Origin: Octopus sinensis
Lineage: Eukaryota
Length of the DNA stretch: 14,970 nt
Assembly (NCBI RefSeq): GCF_006345805.1
Contig: NW_021825647.1
Location: forward strand, 1 to 14,970
Direction: 5' to 3'
Shown here piece after piece: positions 1 through 9,520 of the stretch. The stretch's first letter is position 1, and every line of letters starts with the position of its first letter. The notes below the pieces were generated by a model. It was not told the DNA's origin and searched no databases. It saw nothing but the letters and a program-made list of their open reading frames with translations. Position numbers and translations under genes: made by a program.

Positions 1-136
1 ACACATACACTCACAGAATATTTATACTAAATTTGTCAGTTGCATAAAAGGAAAAGAAAACACAAAACCCATCCAAAAACAGAAGTATTTTTAAACACAT
101 CAAAAAATTCCTAGATTATAGCTGGGAGATAACAGT

Positions 137-703
137 CTACTCAAAGAATCTGCCCTCAGCTTCCACAACAGAATCAAGATGACTTCAGAACCTTGTGCAT
201 GCATTCCTCATTGAGTCCTTAGGAAGGTCTTCGAACACCTCTTTGATACTGGCCACCAGCTCAGCCTTCGTGTTACAGTCAGAGTAGTTAGTACCTTTCT
301 CAACCATGCTCCACACATTGTAACCCATGCAATTAACCACTGGAGAAACTAAGAGGCTCAAAAGTGTTGGCTAGTGAAGTTGTAGAAGTTCTGCAACAAC
401 AACTTCTGATTCTTTACACACATACATGGTCTTCCAGTCACAACCATCTCCAGCCAGGGATTGACCACTGTCTCCAGCAGCTTCACATAATACTCTATTC
501 AAAGATGTGAGGATGAACTCTGGCACGTGGACACTATCAGAATGCCTGCCACGTCCTTCCTTGTAGGCCACATCTTTGTAGTCATGATTGCAGTTGTGTA
601 TGTGACATCTTGCAGCATTTACAGGGTTCACAGAGCATTGAGTAGCAATCATGATGCCTGCATTTTGATACCCAGCACGAATCATCATGATAGAGGATAA
701 CTC
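137..703 (-). mobile_element. Decayed, internally deleted Tc1/mariner transposase (maT/DD37D-like)
   Basis: Manual minus-strand translation gives an N-terminal piece (IMMIRAGYQNA...SDSVHVPEFI) joined at 512/513 to C-terminal catalytic-domain pieces: PHIFE (498-512), EYYVKLLETVVNPWLEMVVTGRP (427-495), QNFYNFTS, and SPVVNCMGYNVWSMVEK...CNTKAELVASIKEVFEDLPKDSMRNACTRF*SHLDSVVEAEGRFFE* (stop at 137-139). SPVVNCMGY matches the SPDLNP(L/M)DY motif typical of maT rather than Tc1 NPIE. Frameshifts and stops are present. No matched TIR pair was found. Confidence 0.85.
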
Positions 704-777
704 TTCTTTTCTTTTTTTTTCCAATATTCAGATGGCTTCCAGTCCGCTATTTCAGCTAACTTTCCCTATCTATTCAC

Positions 778-880
778 TAAATATACATATATATATATAC
801 ACTATGTATGTATGTACATGAATATGTGTTTATATATGTATTAAAACACACATGTATGTACGTATGTATTTACAAATACA
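778..880. repeat. (TA)/(TATG)/(CA) low-complexity microsatellite
   Basis: Direct inspection: tatacatatatatatatac...tatgtatgtatgtac... Confidence 0.8.
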
Positions 881-3404
881 CCTGCACATATGTTGAATTA
901 AATTTCTATGTTTAAAACATCTAAAGCTATATACTGAAGGTGACTTTGAAGAAATAACTTCTGAGAGCAAAGTGTCAAATCCTTCAAAATTCTAAACAGC
1001 ATTTAGATGACTTCCATTACAGTAATAAGAAGAAACAACCCAGTCAAATTAAGAATGAGTTAAAGTGAATTACTGGTACCTATACAATAAAAACCAAGAA
1101 ACTATTAGTATACTAACACAATATCAGATTATATAGACATCCCCCACCAAAAAAAGACTTTGGATATATCCACCAAGTTACTATAGCATAGTAAATGTTG
1201 TTGCTAGTGTTGTTGTATAGTAAATATAATTGGGAATATTATTTCCATGCTCTCAAGAGATTCTGAAGAAGATTCAAGACATATGCAGTAGAGTGTGACT
1301 CTTCTGCCTTTCCATTTAAACTGAGAGTCCCAGAAGCACATGTGCTTCACCAGACTCACATAGTACAAAGGGAAAAAATTCAAAGCATTAGTAGAAAGAG
1401 TGGTGGTGCTTAAAGATTTTTATGTTGTTTCTATAAACCAAAGGTTACTGCTGAAATATGGTCATAGCTGTAAACCCATTCACACTAATGTCTCAAGAGA
1501 TTAAAACACTCGAATTTTGAGTGCTGCAGAGAAAAGTAAAGCAATATGTCTGATATTAGTTTGAAAGCAAAGAAATTCAACTGAAGTGCATTGCTGAAAA
1601 GCACAATGAAAAGTTCTAAGCACTTTTGACCTATATTACTGGGATCCTGTAATTTACCATCCAACAATTTCCTATCCCATTTAGCTGACAAAGTGTGAAA
1701 TGTATTTATGAATGAGATTCCTTGTTAATGTATTTAAGTAGTGGAAATTAGAAGTATTTTGATTAAATACGTTACATTAATTTCAGTATTGATGATGGGA
1801 CAAACAGCATAAGGGATTTAATTCCTATTTTTGAATGATGCAAGGTAGTGTAAATTCTATTTAGTTCTACAAAGAGGTCAAAGTTTCATATTTCAAATAG
1901 GGCTATGGTGGAATTTGTGAGTCTATGAAGCTATAATAATTCCAGATTTAAATGTCACATAATATTGAAAGATTATGACAAAAATTTAATTATGAAGGGG
2001 AAAAAGGGGGGTAAAAAAATAGATCAATGGAATATATTTCAAGTATATTATGCAATGAATGAAAATAACTGGAAAAAAAATTAAGCCTCAAAATAGCAGA
2101 GAGGAGGAAAGGAAAAGCTTTTGAAATTATATCAGGAAATGCAGTTTTGAGGAGATAAGCTATAAAAGAGGGAAAAGGAGTTAAAAAATACTGATATAAT
2201 GAAACACAGAGAAAGACATTAAAAAAAAAAAGGCGGGGAACATAGTTTAAGAAAGTAAAATGGAAAAAAAAAAGTATTGCCTGACATAAGAAAATAATCT
2301 AGCACTGACTCAGAATACGATATTTCATGTAGTCACTGATTTATTAGCAGTCACAAACATGTACATAAAAGTTGCCTTCCTTAGTAGCTAACACATCATC
2401 TCCATTAAGAAATTTACACTAAGTACCTTTTTCTTTAGGCTTACACATCACACTTAGACATTCATTTTTATCTATTAATTCTTGCAATCAGAGATTATAA
2501 CACTTATGAAAGAATTATTTCAGCCTAATCTCAAAGAGTGAAACATATTTTAAAATGCTTAGTGAAAAGAGTAAAATAAAATTCAAATGCAATATTATTA
2601 CGCAAACTGACAATACACTTTCATATGTATTTATTCCTTCTAAATGTACAGTATACAAAGTTTAGGCACCTTTCAAAGTGTTCTATCATTTTGCTTTCAT
2701 TTTGATATTATTAGTTCAGCCACAACTTTAGCAGCTACAAAAACAAAAAGGCTACAAAGCAATAAGTCCTGAGGAGAAAATATATATAGTTTTACCAACA
2801 TCACTACAAGCCTCTACACCTGAAATTCGAGCAGTGGTAGCAGAACAACAGTAAAATGCTTCTTGAATCATTCTTCCATTTTTAGCAGAACTAGTTGAGA
2901 ATCAATGGGCCATTTATCTAGCAATTCGATATCATAGGTGATCACAAAAATTTGTTTCTGTATCAACCACTCTTTACTTTTTGTTTGCCATACTTCTGAT
3001 TCAAAGTTAAGATTAACTACATATGAAAGCTGTTAATATCTTAGAATCCATTGAGAAATAGTTCTTTGGATGATGGTAAACATGAATGAGAAGATTCAGT
3101 GAGCATGCGGGATGATACTCTAAAGAATGTATGTCAGAATGCTATGAAGGAATATCTACAAGAAATACTTCTCTCTTTATAAAATGCTTTGACAAATCAA
3201 TGGCAAAAACCAAGGGAGTTAGTAGAAACTTTTGTTTTAAGAAAGCTTTTGTTTTCTAATCAATAGAAATCAAAATTAAATAAAATGGTGTGAGAAAGAG
3301 AGAGAAAACATGTACACATGCGCAAGCACTGTGTGTTTATCTAATGACTCAAATTTCAAGCCACTGCATTTTCAGGTGTGAACATCAGAGAGAGAGATAT
3401 TCAT

Positions 3405-3450
3405 ACCTTTATATATATTATATATATATATATATATATATTATATCTAT
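3405..3450. repeat. (TA)n microsatellite
   Basis: Interrupted TA run seen directly. Confidence 0.9.
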
Positions 3451-3590
3451 ACGTAGATAAAATACATTTAAGTATGTGTTGCTTCAGGTGTGAACATAGA
3501 GAGATGGATAACATAACTTCATATATGCATATAATACATATAAATGCATTCATGTGTGTGCATGTGCATTTAATATACAGATTCCATATA

Positions 3591-6075
3591 CATCATTACC
3601 ATTTAACATCCATGTTCCATGCTCACATGAGTTGCATGGTTTGACAAGATCTGATGGTCCAAGGACTAAATCATACTCCAGTGTCTGCTTTGATTTCTAT
3701 GGCTGGATGCCATTCCTAATGCCAACCACTGTACAGTGTCCTTTTTTTTTTCTTGTCACCTGGACTAGTGAGGTGGTCAAGCAGCTTGCAAGATTATGAA
3801 ACCCAAGGAGGAAGGAGCTGGGTTTATAGTAGGAAATGAAAGGTTAGAACAGAATAGAAATGGTTGTAGAGTCGATGGGGAGGACAAGAGAGGGATGACA
3901 TGCAGTTGGGTACGCCACGGAAGTTGGGGGAGGAAAGAGATAGGCACAATTCATGAGGAGAGGCAATAGAGTGGTTCAGTGGGGAATGGTGAATGAGCAC
4001 AGAGAGGATGATATTAATGGATGAAGAATGGCTAACAAGAAAAAATATGGTATTTAGAGAGAGATGCGGTAAGAAGAGATGATGGGTGGTGTGTGATGAG
4101 GAGTCGATTGGACAAGGTGCTCATTTGCATATGTGATCACACACACAGCTTCTAGAAGTCGGTTTTGCCATGGCAGGCAAGTTTTCTTGGAAAACACCTA
4201 TCGCCAAACATACCAGTCTTTTGTCATCTCTTCTGTGGGGCTCATGGTCCTGAGATCAGCCTTCACCACTTTATCTCATGTTTTCTGTGATCTTTCTCTC
4301 TTACAATCTTCATCCACATTAAGCTTTCAATACTTTTTCATACAAGTCTCCTAATCCATATGCATCAGTCTTCTTTCTTGCACACTACATCTGATTCCTC
4401 TAATGCCTAGTTTTTCTCTCAGCATATTTATATTATTCATGCTTACATTCCTTATCCAATAAAGCATGCCTGCTTCATTTTTTTCCAGTTTTCTCAAGTC
4501 CTCAGCATTCATGACTGAAGTCTCATAGCAAAGAGGGTTTTAGTATGTAGGAAAGAAGAGACTTTGGTCCTTCAGAGAAATGAATGGCAGGATTTGCTAA
4601 GTGTACTTTTAGACCTCTCAAATCTAAGTTTAGCTTCCACTCTAATTCCCTTATAGATTCATCAATGAAAACTAAAGCACCAACATATATGAGCTCCTAT
4701 TGACAGCCAGCCTTAAGCTCCTCCATGAAAGCCTGTAAGACTATTAGGAACAGGAGGGTCCTGAGCACTGAGTTTTGATGGACTCCCACCTTCACACTAA
4801 ATTTACCATTGAAGTCACCGTTCAGTCACCATTCAGTCTACTTACTGCATCTTGTACATAATTTATAAGCCCTTTGTCAATGGCATATAATAGCTGTACA
4901 AGCCATGGACAATGTTTCTTCAGTGACCATCGGATTACTGTAGTCTTTTTAGTGACCACCACATCATCGTATGTGGTACCCATTCAAACCCCTGCTCCAC
5001 GTCAGCAAAAGCCAGGAATAATGACTTACTTTTAGCCAAGTATTTCTCCTGCAGTTGCTTCATTAGGAAGATTGCAACCTTAGGACCTCTTCCCGGCACA
5101 AAACCAAACTGTATCACATCTTGGGCTACCCTGTCATAAATCAACTATGCTATGACTCTCTGTGATCTTCATAACCTGATATAGTACTTTGATTTCACTT
5201 TAGTTGCTTCTCTTTAAGTCACCACAAGGTAGCTCATCTTGTTCTTCGTGTTCAACAGCCTCTCATACACTGGCACTTACATACCACTTTCTTTTTTTCT
5301 ACATTGATGGCATGTATACCTTCATCAATTCAAATTCACTTCATGACACATCAGTTCTCCCTCACACATTGTCTTGTGTACTCCTGAACATCTCATACCT
5401 CTCATCCTCAGGATACAAAACATGCACAAATCTCTTCTTCTGTGTCCTTACTCTTAGCCAAATAAACTCATTGCCTAGTTGCTTTTGCAGCCATTTGATA
5501 ATGCTCCTTACAACCACTTTTCTTCCAGGTTTTCCAACTCTGTCTCCTTGCTTTTATTGCCCTACCAGTTGTATCATTTCATCACTATGCTACTTTCAGC
5601 TGGGTTCAGGACTTCACCACATCCATATATCTGTGATCTATCCCTGAGCAACTTATCTCATAGAAATTCTCAGTTTTCATCTATGCTACACATATCTAAA
5701 TCCGTCTTGTTACACTTGTAGCATCAAAATTTCACTAAATCTTTTTTCAATTGCAGGATATTTTTAGTTTCCATATCTTTCTTCTCCATGTCATTTATTT
5801 CTGTATCTGCCAAGTTCTGACTCAGAAATCACTAACCACTAATCTACCTTGTGTATTGTATTCTTTCCAGGAAATGTTTTGGCAGTTACAGCACTTCGGC
5901 CCCTTTTCCTCATGAGAATTTAACCTGTCTGACTTGTGTGTACACCAAATTGGTAAATGATGAGATGGTTGTGCTGCAAATTGTCACACAAGTCAATAAG
6001 CCTTACACTCTCCTCACTTCTTGTATCACATATGCCACCAGGATGTTAGTCAACATGACTACTAAAGTCAACTAA
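3591..6075 (-). mobile_element. 5'-truncated, decayed RTE-clade non-LTR retrotransposon (end of APE endonuclease, linker, RT, 3' UTR with ATG-repeat tail)
   Basis: Minus-strand pieces in the expected order: VDFSSHVD (GDFNGHVG-like, 6049-6072), HTSQ..ILMRKR, TAKTFPG, RLVVSDF, linker YERLLN, then RT QFGFVPGRGPKVAIFLMKQLQEKYLAKSKSLFLAFADVEQGF (ORF 4935-5144), FSVKVGVHQNSVLRTLLFLIVLQA, ELIYVGAL (YADD degenerated to YVGA at 4676-4687), LREKLGIRG and MTKDWYVWR. The 3' UTR has a GGAAGGGCATCC-like module (3705-3717) and ends at about 3591. Contiguity of 3591-4130 with the coding body is inferred. Confidence 0.9.
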
Positions 6076-6094
6076 ATCACATATACATGTATCG

Positions 6095-6420
6095 CCATTG
6101 TCGTCAGTTTAATGCATAAGTTTGATGGAATTTGTTGAGGAGGATTTTCTATGGCTTGATGCCTTTCCTGTTGCAAATCCTCACCAGTTTCAAAGTAAAG
6201 TAATATTTCCCCATGATCCAACATATTTCTGTGAAAAATTGCACTATGATGATATTCATTTACAGTTATCACATGAAATCTGGGGAGGAAACACACACAC
6301 ACACTAGGCTTCTTTCAGTTTTGGGCAGCTAAAGGCTAAAATAGAAGACACATGTCTAAGGTATCACACAGCAGTACTAAACATGGTGGTTGAGAGGCAA
6401 ACTTCTTACCATGCAGCTAA
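6095..6420 (-). mobile_element. tRNA-derived SINE (decayed) with RTE-like 3' module
   Basis: The minus strand begins TAGCTGCATGGTAAGAAG (Pol III A-box-like), continues ...ATACCTTAGACATGTGTCTTCTA...AAACTGAAAGAAGCC and (TG)n, then a body with AGGAAAGGCATCA (6157-6169), a variant of the motif in the RTE 3' ends. The B box is degraded. Confidence 0.7.
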
Positions 6421-6436
6421 TGTGAAGCTCTAAATT

Positions 6437-6457
6437 TCACACACACACACACAAACA

Positions 6458-6537
<80 letters not shown>

Positions 6538-6542
6538 GAGAG
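6437..6542. repeat. Compound (CA)n-(TA)n-(GA)n microsatellite
   Basis: Seen directly. Confidence 0.95.
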
Positions 6543-6951
6543 AATTTTGAAAATATCTTCACATGAGTAAATTTATATTAAAACAAAAATTGAATATTCA
6601 TTGAGAATTTTATCATGAATAAAAGAAACAAAGTATTTACATTTTCATCAAAACGAAAACTGCTATCATGTGAGCTGTTACTTCAATGACCGAGTAGCTA
6701 TCAGAGGAAAATGAATATCAGCATCATGAGTTGTTTCTTTTTAAGAAAACATAAACTTATGCAACTGATATCATGAAAGATTAATGTAACTAAATTTACT
6801 TCAATTTATTTTCATTTTAACATGACTAAATCATCATTTTCAAGCAATGGAAATCAGTAGCATGTTTTGATAAACATCTTCATATTTTGTTTTATCCATG
6901 AAAAAGATCTCCAATCATTTTCTTTTTCTTTTTTCAAATATGTATATATAT

Positions 6952-8250
6952 AGTTAAATTTACAGAAAAACAAAGGGCAAAGACAGGTATAGGAACAACA
7001 AGCAGGTGTATTAGTTTAATGCTCAGAAAAAATAGAAAAGTCTTTTATGTTTTGAGCCTATGCTCTTCAACGGAAAGGAATAAGAGGGAAAAAATGGAGA
7101 GAGAGAGAATGAGAAAAAACGGAGAGAGAAAACTGTGTAAAGTTTGGTGGCCCAACATGGCAAGATGACTGGAAAAAAGAAAGTCGAATGAAAGGGAGGT
7201 AATAATGGTAATCCAACAAACTAAGATGCACAAGCATGAGTGTGTATGGAAGAATGGTGTGTGTGAGTGTTCATGTGTGTATTTGTGAAAGGGGGTGAGT
7301 GACGTATATGTGTGTAACGTGTGTGTGTTATGTGTAGCAGTTGATGTGTGCTTTTTCAAGTGGTGTGTGCATATGTGTGTGTAACCAAATAGTGTTCATG
7401 CTTGTGGGTGAAAATTATCTTGCATGTGTTTATGCATGTTCCATGTGTTTATGCATGCTGTGTGTGTGTATTGTCGGTGTTCAGGTATTACGTGCTTGTG
7501 ATCATGTGGGAGTGTGCATGATGGTGTATGGTGCGCTAAACAGTGTGTGTGGCTGCTCATATAGTGGTTCGTGGTCACGCTATTGAAGACTGTGTGAGAG
7601 TGTGTGGATAACAGTGTTTGGTATGGGTGCTGAGAAGTGGTCAGTGCTAGTGATTGTGGAGTGGGAACGTGTTATGAAGGTATGTGTGTGTGTGTGTGTA
7701 TGAAATGAGTGATGAGTTGGACAGTATGGGTATGTATAGTAGTGTGTGTCTGGTGTGGATACTGAGGTGGGTAGTATGCAAGAGTGTACGTGGAGGGAGC
7801 AGTTGACTGTGGGATGTGTGTGGGAATCCAAGTGGTGTTGGTGTCAAGAGGAGGTGAGTTGAGCCCATATGGTGCAAAGGAACAAAGATAGGAGGTGGGT
7901 TGAGCCCATATGACACAAAGACAAAGGCAGAATCCCAGGTAACCCCTATTCAGAGACAGTCCAAACATAGACAGATGTTGTAGCATATAACCAGTAGAGT
8001 GGAAGTGGTAGAAGATCGGGGTGTCATTGCCAAATCTGATGTTTGAGAGGTACTTTGCGAACCAGTCAGCCAAGCTGAGTCCCATTTGACCAATGTAAAG
8101 GGAAGGTCAGAGAGAGTAAGGGATGCAGTAAATAACATTACTAGAGGTGCAGGTAAAGGAGTCAGTGACATGATAGGGATGGTGATGGGTGCCTGTGAGG
8201 ATGGTAGAGTTGGAAAGGTAGAGGAAGGTGCAACAGTGTGGAAGACATGC
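6952..8250 (-). mobile_element. 5'-truncated Penelope-like element: GIY-YIG endonuclease C-terminus, CA-rich 3' region and terminal repeat
   Basis: One minus frame reads [98 protein letters not shown]...LCSFAPYGLNSPPL. NVIYCI (8122-8139) and LYIGQ (8086-8100) are the bipartite GIY-YIG motif of PLEs, with one premature TGA at 8107-8109. Positions 6952-7215 are homologous to 14602-14865. Confidence 0.85.
7042..7077 (-). ncRNA. Decayed minimal hammerhead-ribozyme-like motif in the PLE terminal repeat
   Basis: Minus strand reads CUUU-CCGUUGA-A-GAGC-AUAG-GCUC-AAA-ACAU-A-AAAG. Helices I and II are intact, but the core is mutated (U4C, G12A). Confidence 0.5.
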
Positions 8251-8597
8251 ATACAGACAGACACTGACAGATACAGACAGATACAGACAGATACAGACAG
8301 ATACAGACAGATACAGACAGAGACAGACAGAGACAGACAGACACAGACAGACAGACAGACAGAGAGAGACAGATACAGATATACAGACAGAGACAGATAC
8401 AGACAGAGACAGATACAGACAGAGACAGACACAGACAGAGACAGACACAGACAGAGACAGACAGACAGACACAGACAGACAGACACATACAGATACAGAC
8501 AGACAGACAGACACAGACAGATACAGACAGACAGACAGACAGACAGACTGAGACAGATACAGACAGACAAACAGAGACACACACACACACACACATA
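8248..8597. repeat. (GACA)/(GATACAGACA)-type compound micro/minisatellite ending in (CA)n
   Basis: Tandem ACAG/ATAC units seen directly; these generate the spurious TDRDR/VCLSV ORFs. Confidence 0.95.
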
Positions 8598-8680
8598 CAG
8601 CATGCAAGGGATATTTGAAGACACTCTTTAAATTGAATAAAAGCTTTTCATTTCTTTTAAATCCCCCCAAAACAGATACA

Positions 8681-9149
8681 ATGTTAACACAAAAAAACTA
8701 AATATGTTATTACTGCCATATTTGCAACACACAGCAATTCAGAAAAATGCCTACTTTCTAAATTTTGCAAGATCTTTTGTACATAAAGTCTAGATATAAC
8801 TGGAAGCCTCTGGCAGAAATGTTTCAACTGTATCAAAAACAAAAACAAAAAAAAAACATTCTAAATGGCCACACACAATAAGGACAACCACAATTCATGC
8901 AACAGGTTGAAAAACTTTATAGATAATGATCCCAGAAAATCACTGAGGTCAATTGCCAAAGAAATTTAGATGCCAGAGTGGGCTAACAGAATTGTACTGC
9001 ATAAAGACATTCAATACAAGTCGTATGTATTGTGCAGAGACGAATTCATATCTGCAAAGACACTGGAAAACTGATCTCTAAGAAGGGGTTACTGAACATG
9101 ATTAAAACGTCATGAACGTTACATGCTAAGGATCTTCTCTGACTGTAAA
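8681..9149 (+). mobile_element. Decayed Tc1/mariner (maT-like) transposase, N-terminal half up to the first catalytic Asp
   Basis: Frameshift-corrected reading: LKYVITAIFATHSNSENAYFLNFARSFVHKV*I*LEASGRNVSTVSK...KKHSK...IRT-PQFMQQVEKL-IDNDPRKSLRSIAKEI*MPEWANRIVLHKDIQYKSYVLCRDEFISAKTLEN*...LLNMIK...MLRIFSD (FSD at 9135-9143). A possible decayed left end is TA|CAGCATGC at 8596-8605. Confidence 0.8.
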
Positions 9150-9160
9150 TGCTAACTCAC

Positions 9161-9166
9161 CAGCCT
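9161..9166 (-). CDS. Candidate 6-nt microexon (AGGCTG) of an unidentified host gene
   Basis: Minus strand reads ...ttctaac...(T)9gtcactaccattcatgtctctacttttccttacttctattattcatgccttcgtaatctgtacag|AGGCTG|gtgagt. The donor is consensus, there is no AG dinucleotide for ~98 nt upstream, and a CTAAC branch-point-like motif sits at 9261-9265. Confidence 0.45.
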
Positions 9167-9330
9167 CTGTACAGATTACGAAGGCATGAATAATAGAAGT
9201 AAGGAAAAGTAGAGACATGAATGGTAGTGACAAAAAAAAAGGTTTAACAGAAGCATGAATGTTAGAACTCAGAGTTCTTAGTTTGGTGAATATATTCAAG
9301 TCAATATAACTGAGATGTTATGGCTGTGTG

Positions 9331-9520
9331 ATCATCATCATCATCATCATTTAACATCCACCTTCCATGCCGGCATAGGTTGAATGATTTGACAGGAGCC
9401 TGCACCAGACTTCTCTGTCTGTTTTAGCAGGGTTGTTATTATGAATGGATGCCCTTCCTAACACTAACTACCCAGCATAGTGCTTTTTATGTGGCACATG
9501 CAGCAGGTGAGGTCAGTTTT
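9331..9520 (-). mobile_element. RTE-type 3' end or non-autonomous derivative with (ATG)n tail (may extend to ~9880)
   Basis: The plus strand has (CAT)n at 9331-9350, then TTAACATCCACCTTCCATGCCGGCATAGGTTG...GGATGCCCTTCCT (9447-9459)...GTGCTTTTTATGTGGCAC, homologous to 3591-3780 and to the reverse complement of 13150-13340. Confidence 0.8.

Noticed and set aside
15-26. 12-nt microexon candidate (tag|TATAAATATTCT|gtgagt, minus)
   Set aside because: The splice signals look good, but the segment coincides with the probable decayed terminal inverted repeat of the mariner relic and the window edge. It is kept only as a weak member of the exon-series finding.
371-724. 117-aa ORF as a functional gene
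   Set aside because: It is a chimeric reading of a deleted transposase. Its C-terminal half is out of the transposase frame, and its start lies in a poly-A run.
5204-6075. Plus-strand ORFs 5204-5647, 5479-5721 and 5851-6075
   Set aside because: They are antisense shadows of the decayed RTE ORF on the minus strand.
6306-6420. tRNA gene
   Set aside because: The tRNA-like head has a degraded B box, no cloverleaf, and runs into a SINE body. It is a SINE, not a tRNA.
7950-8670. Long ORFs of 107-224 aa (TDRDR.../VCLSV...)
   Set aside because: These are translations of the (GACA)/(GATA) satellite. Only the tail overlapping the GIY-YIG relic is meaningful.
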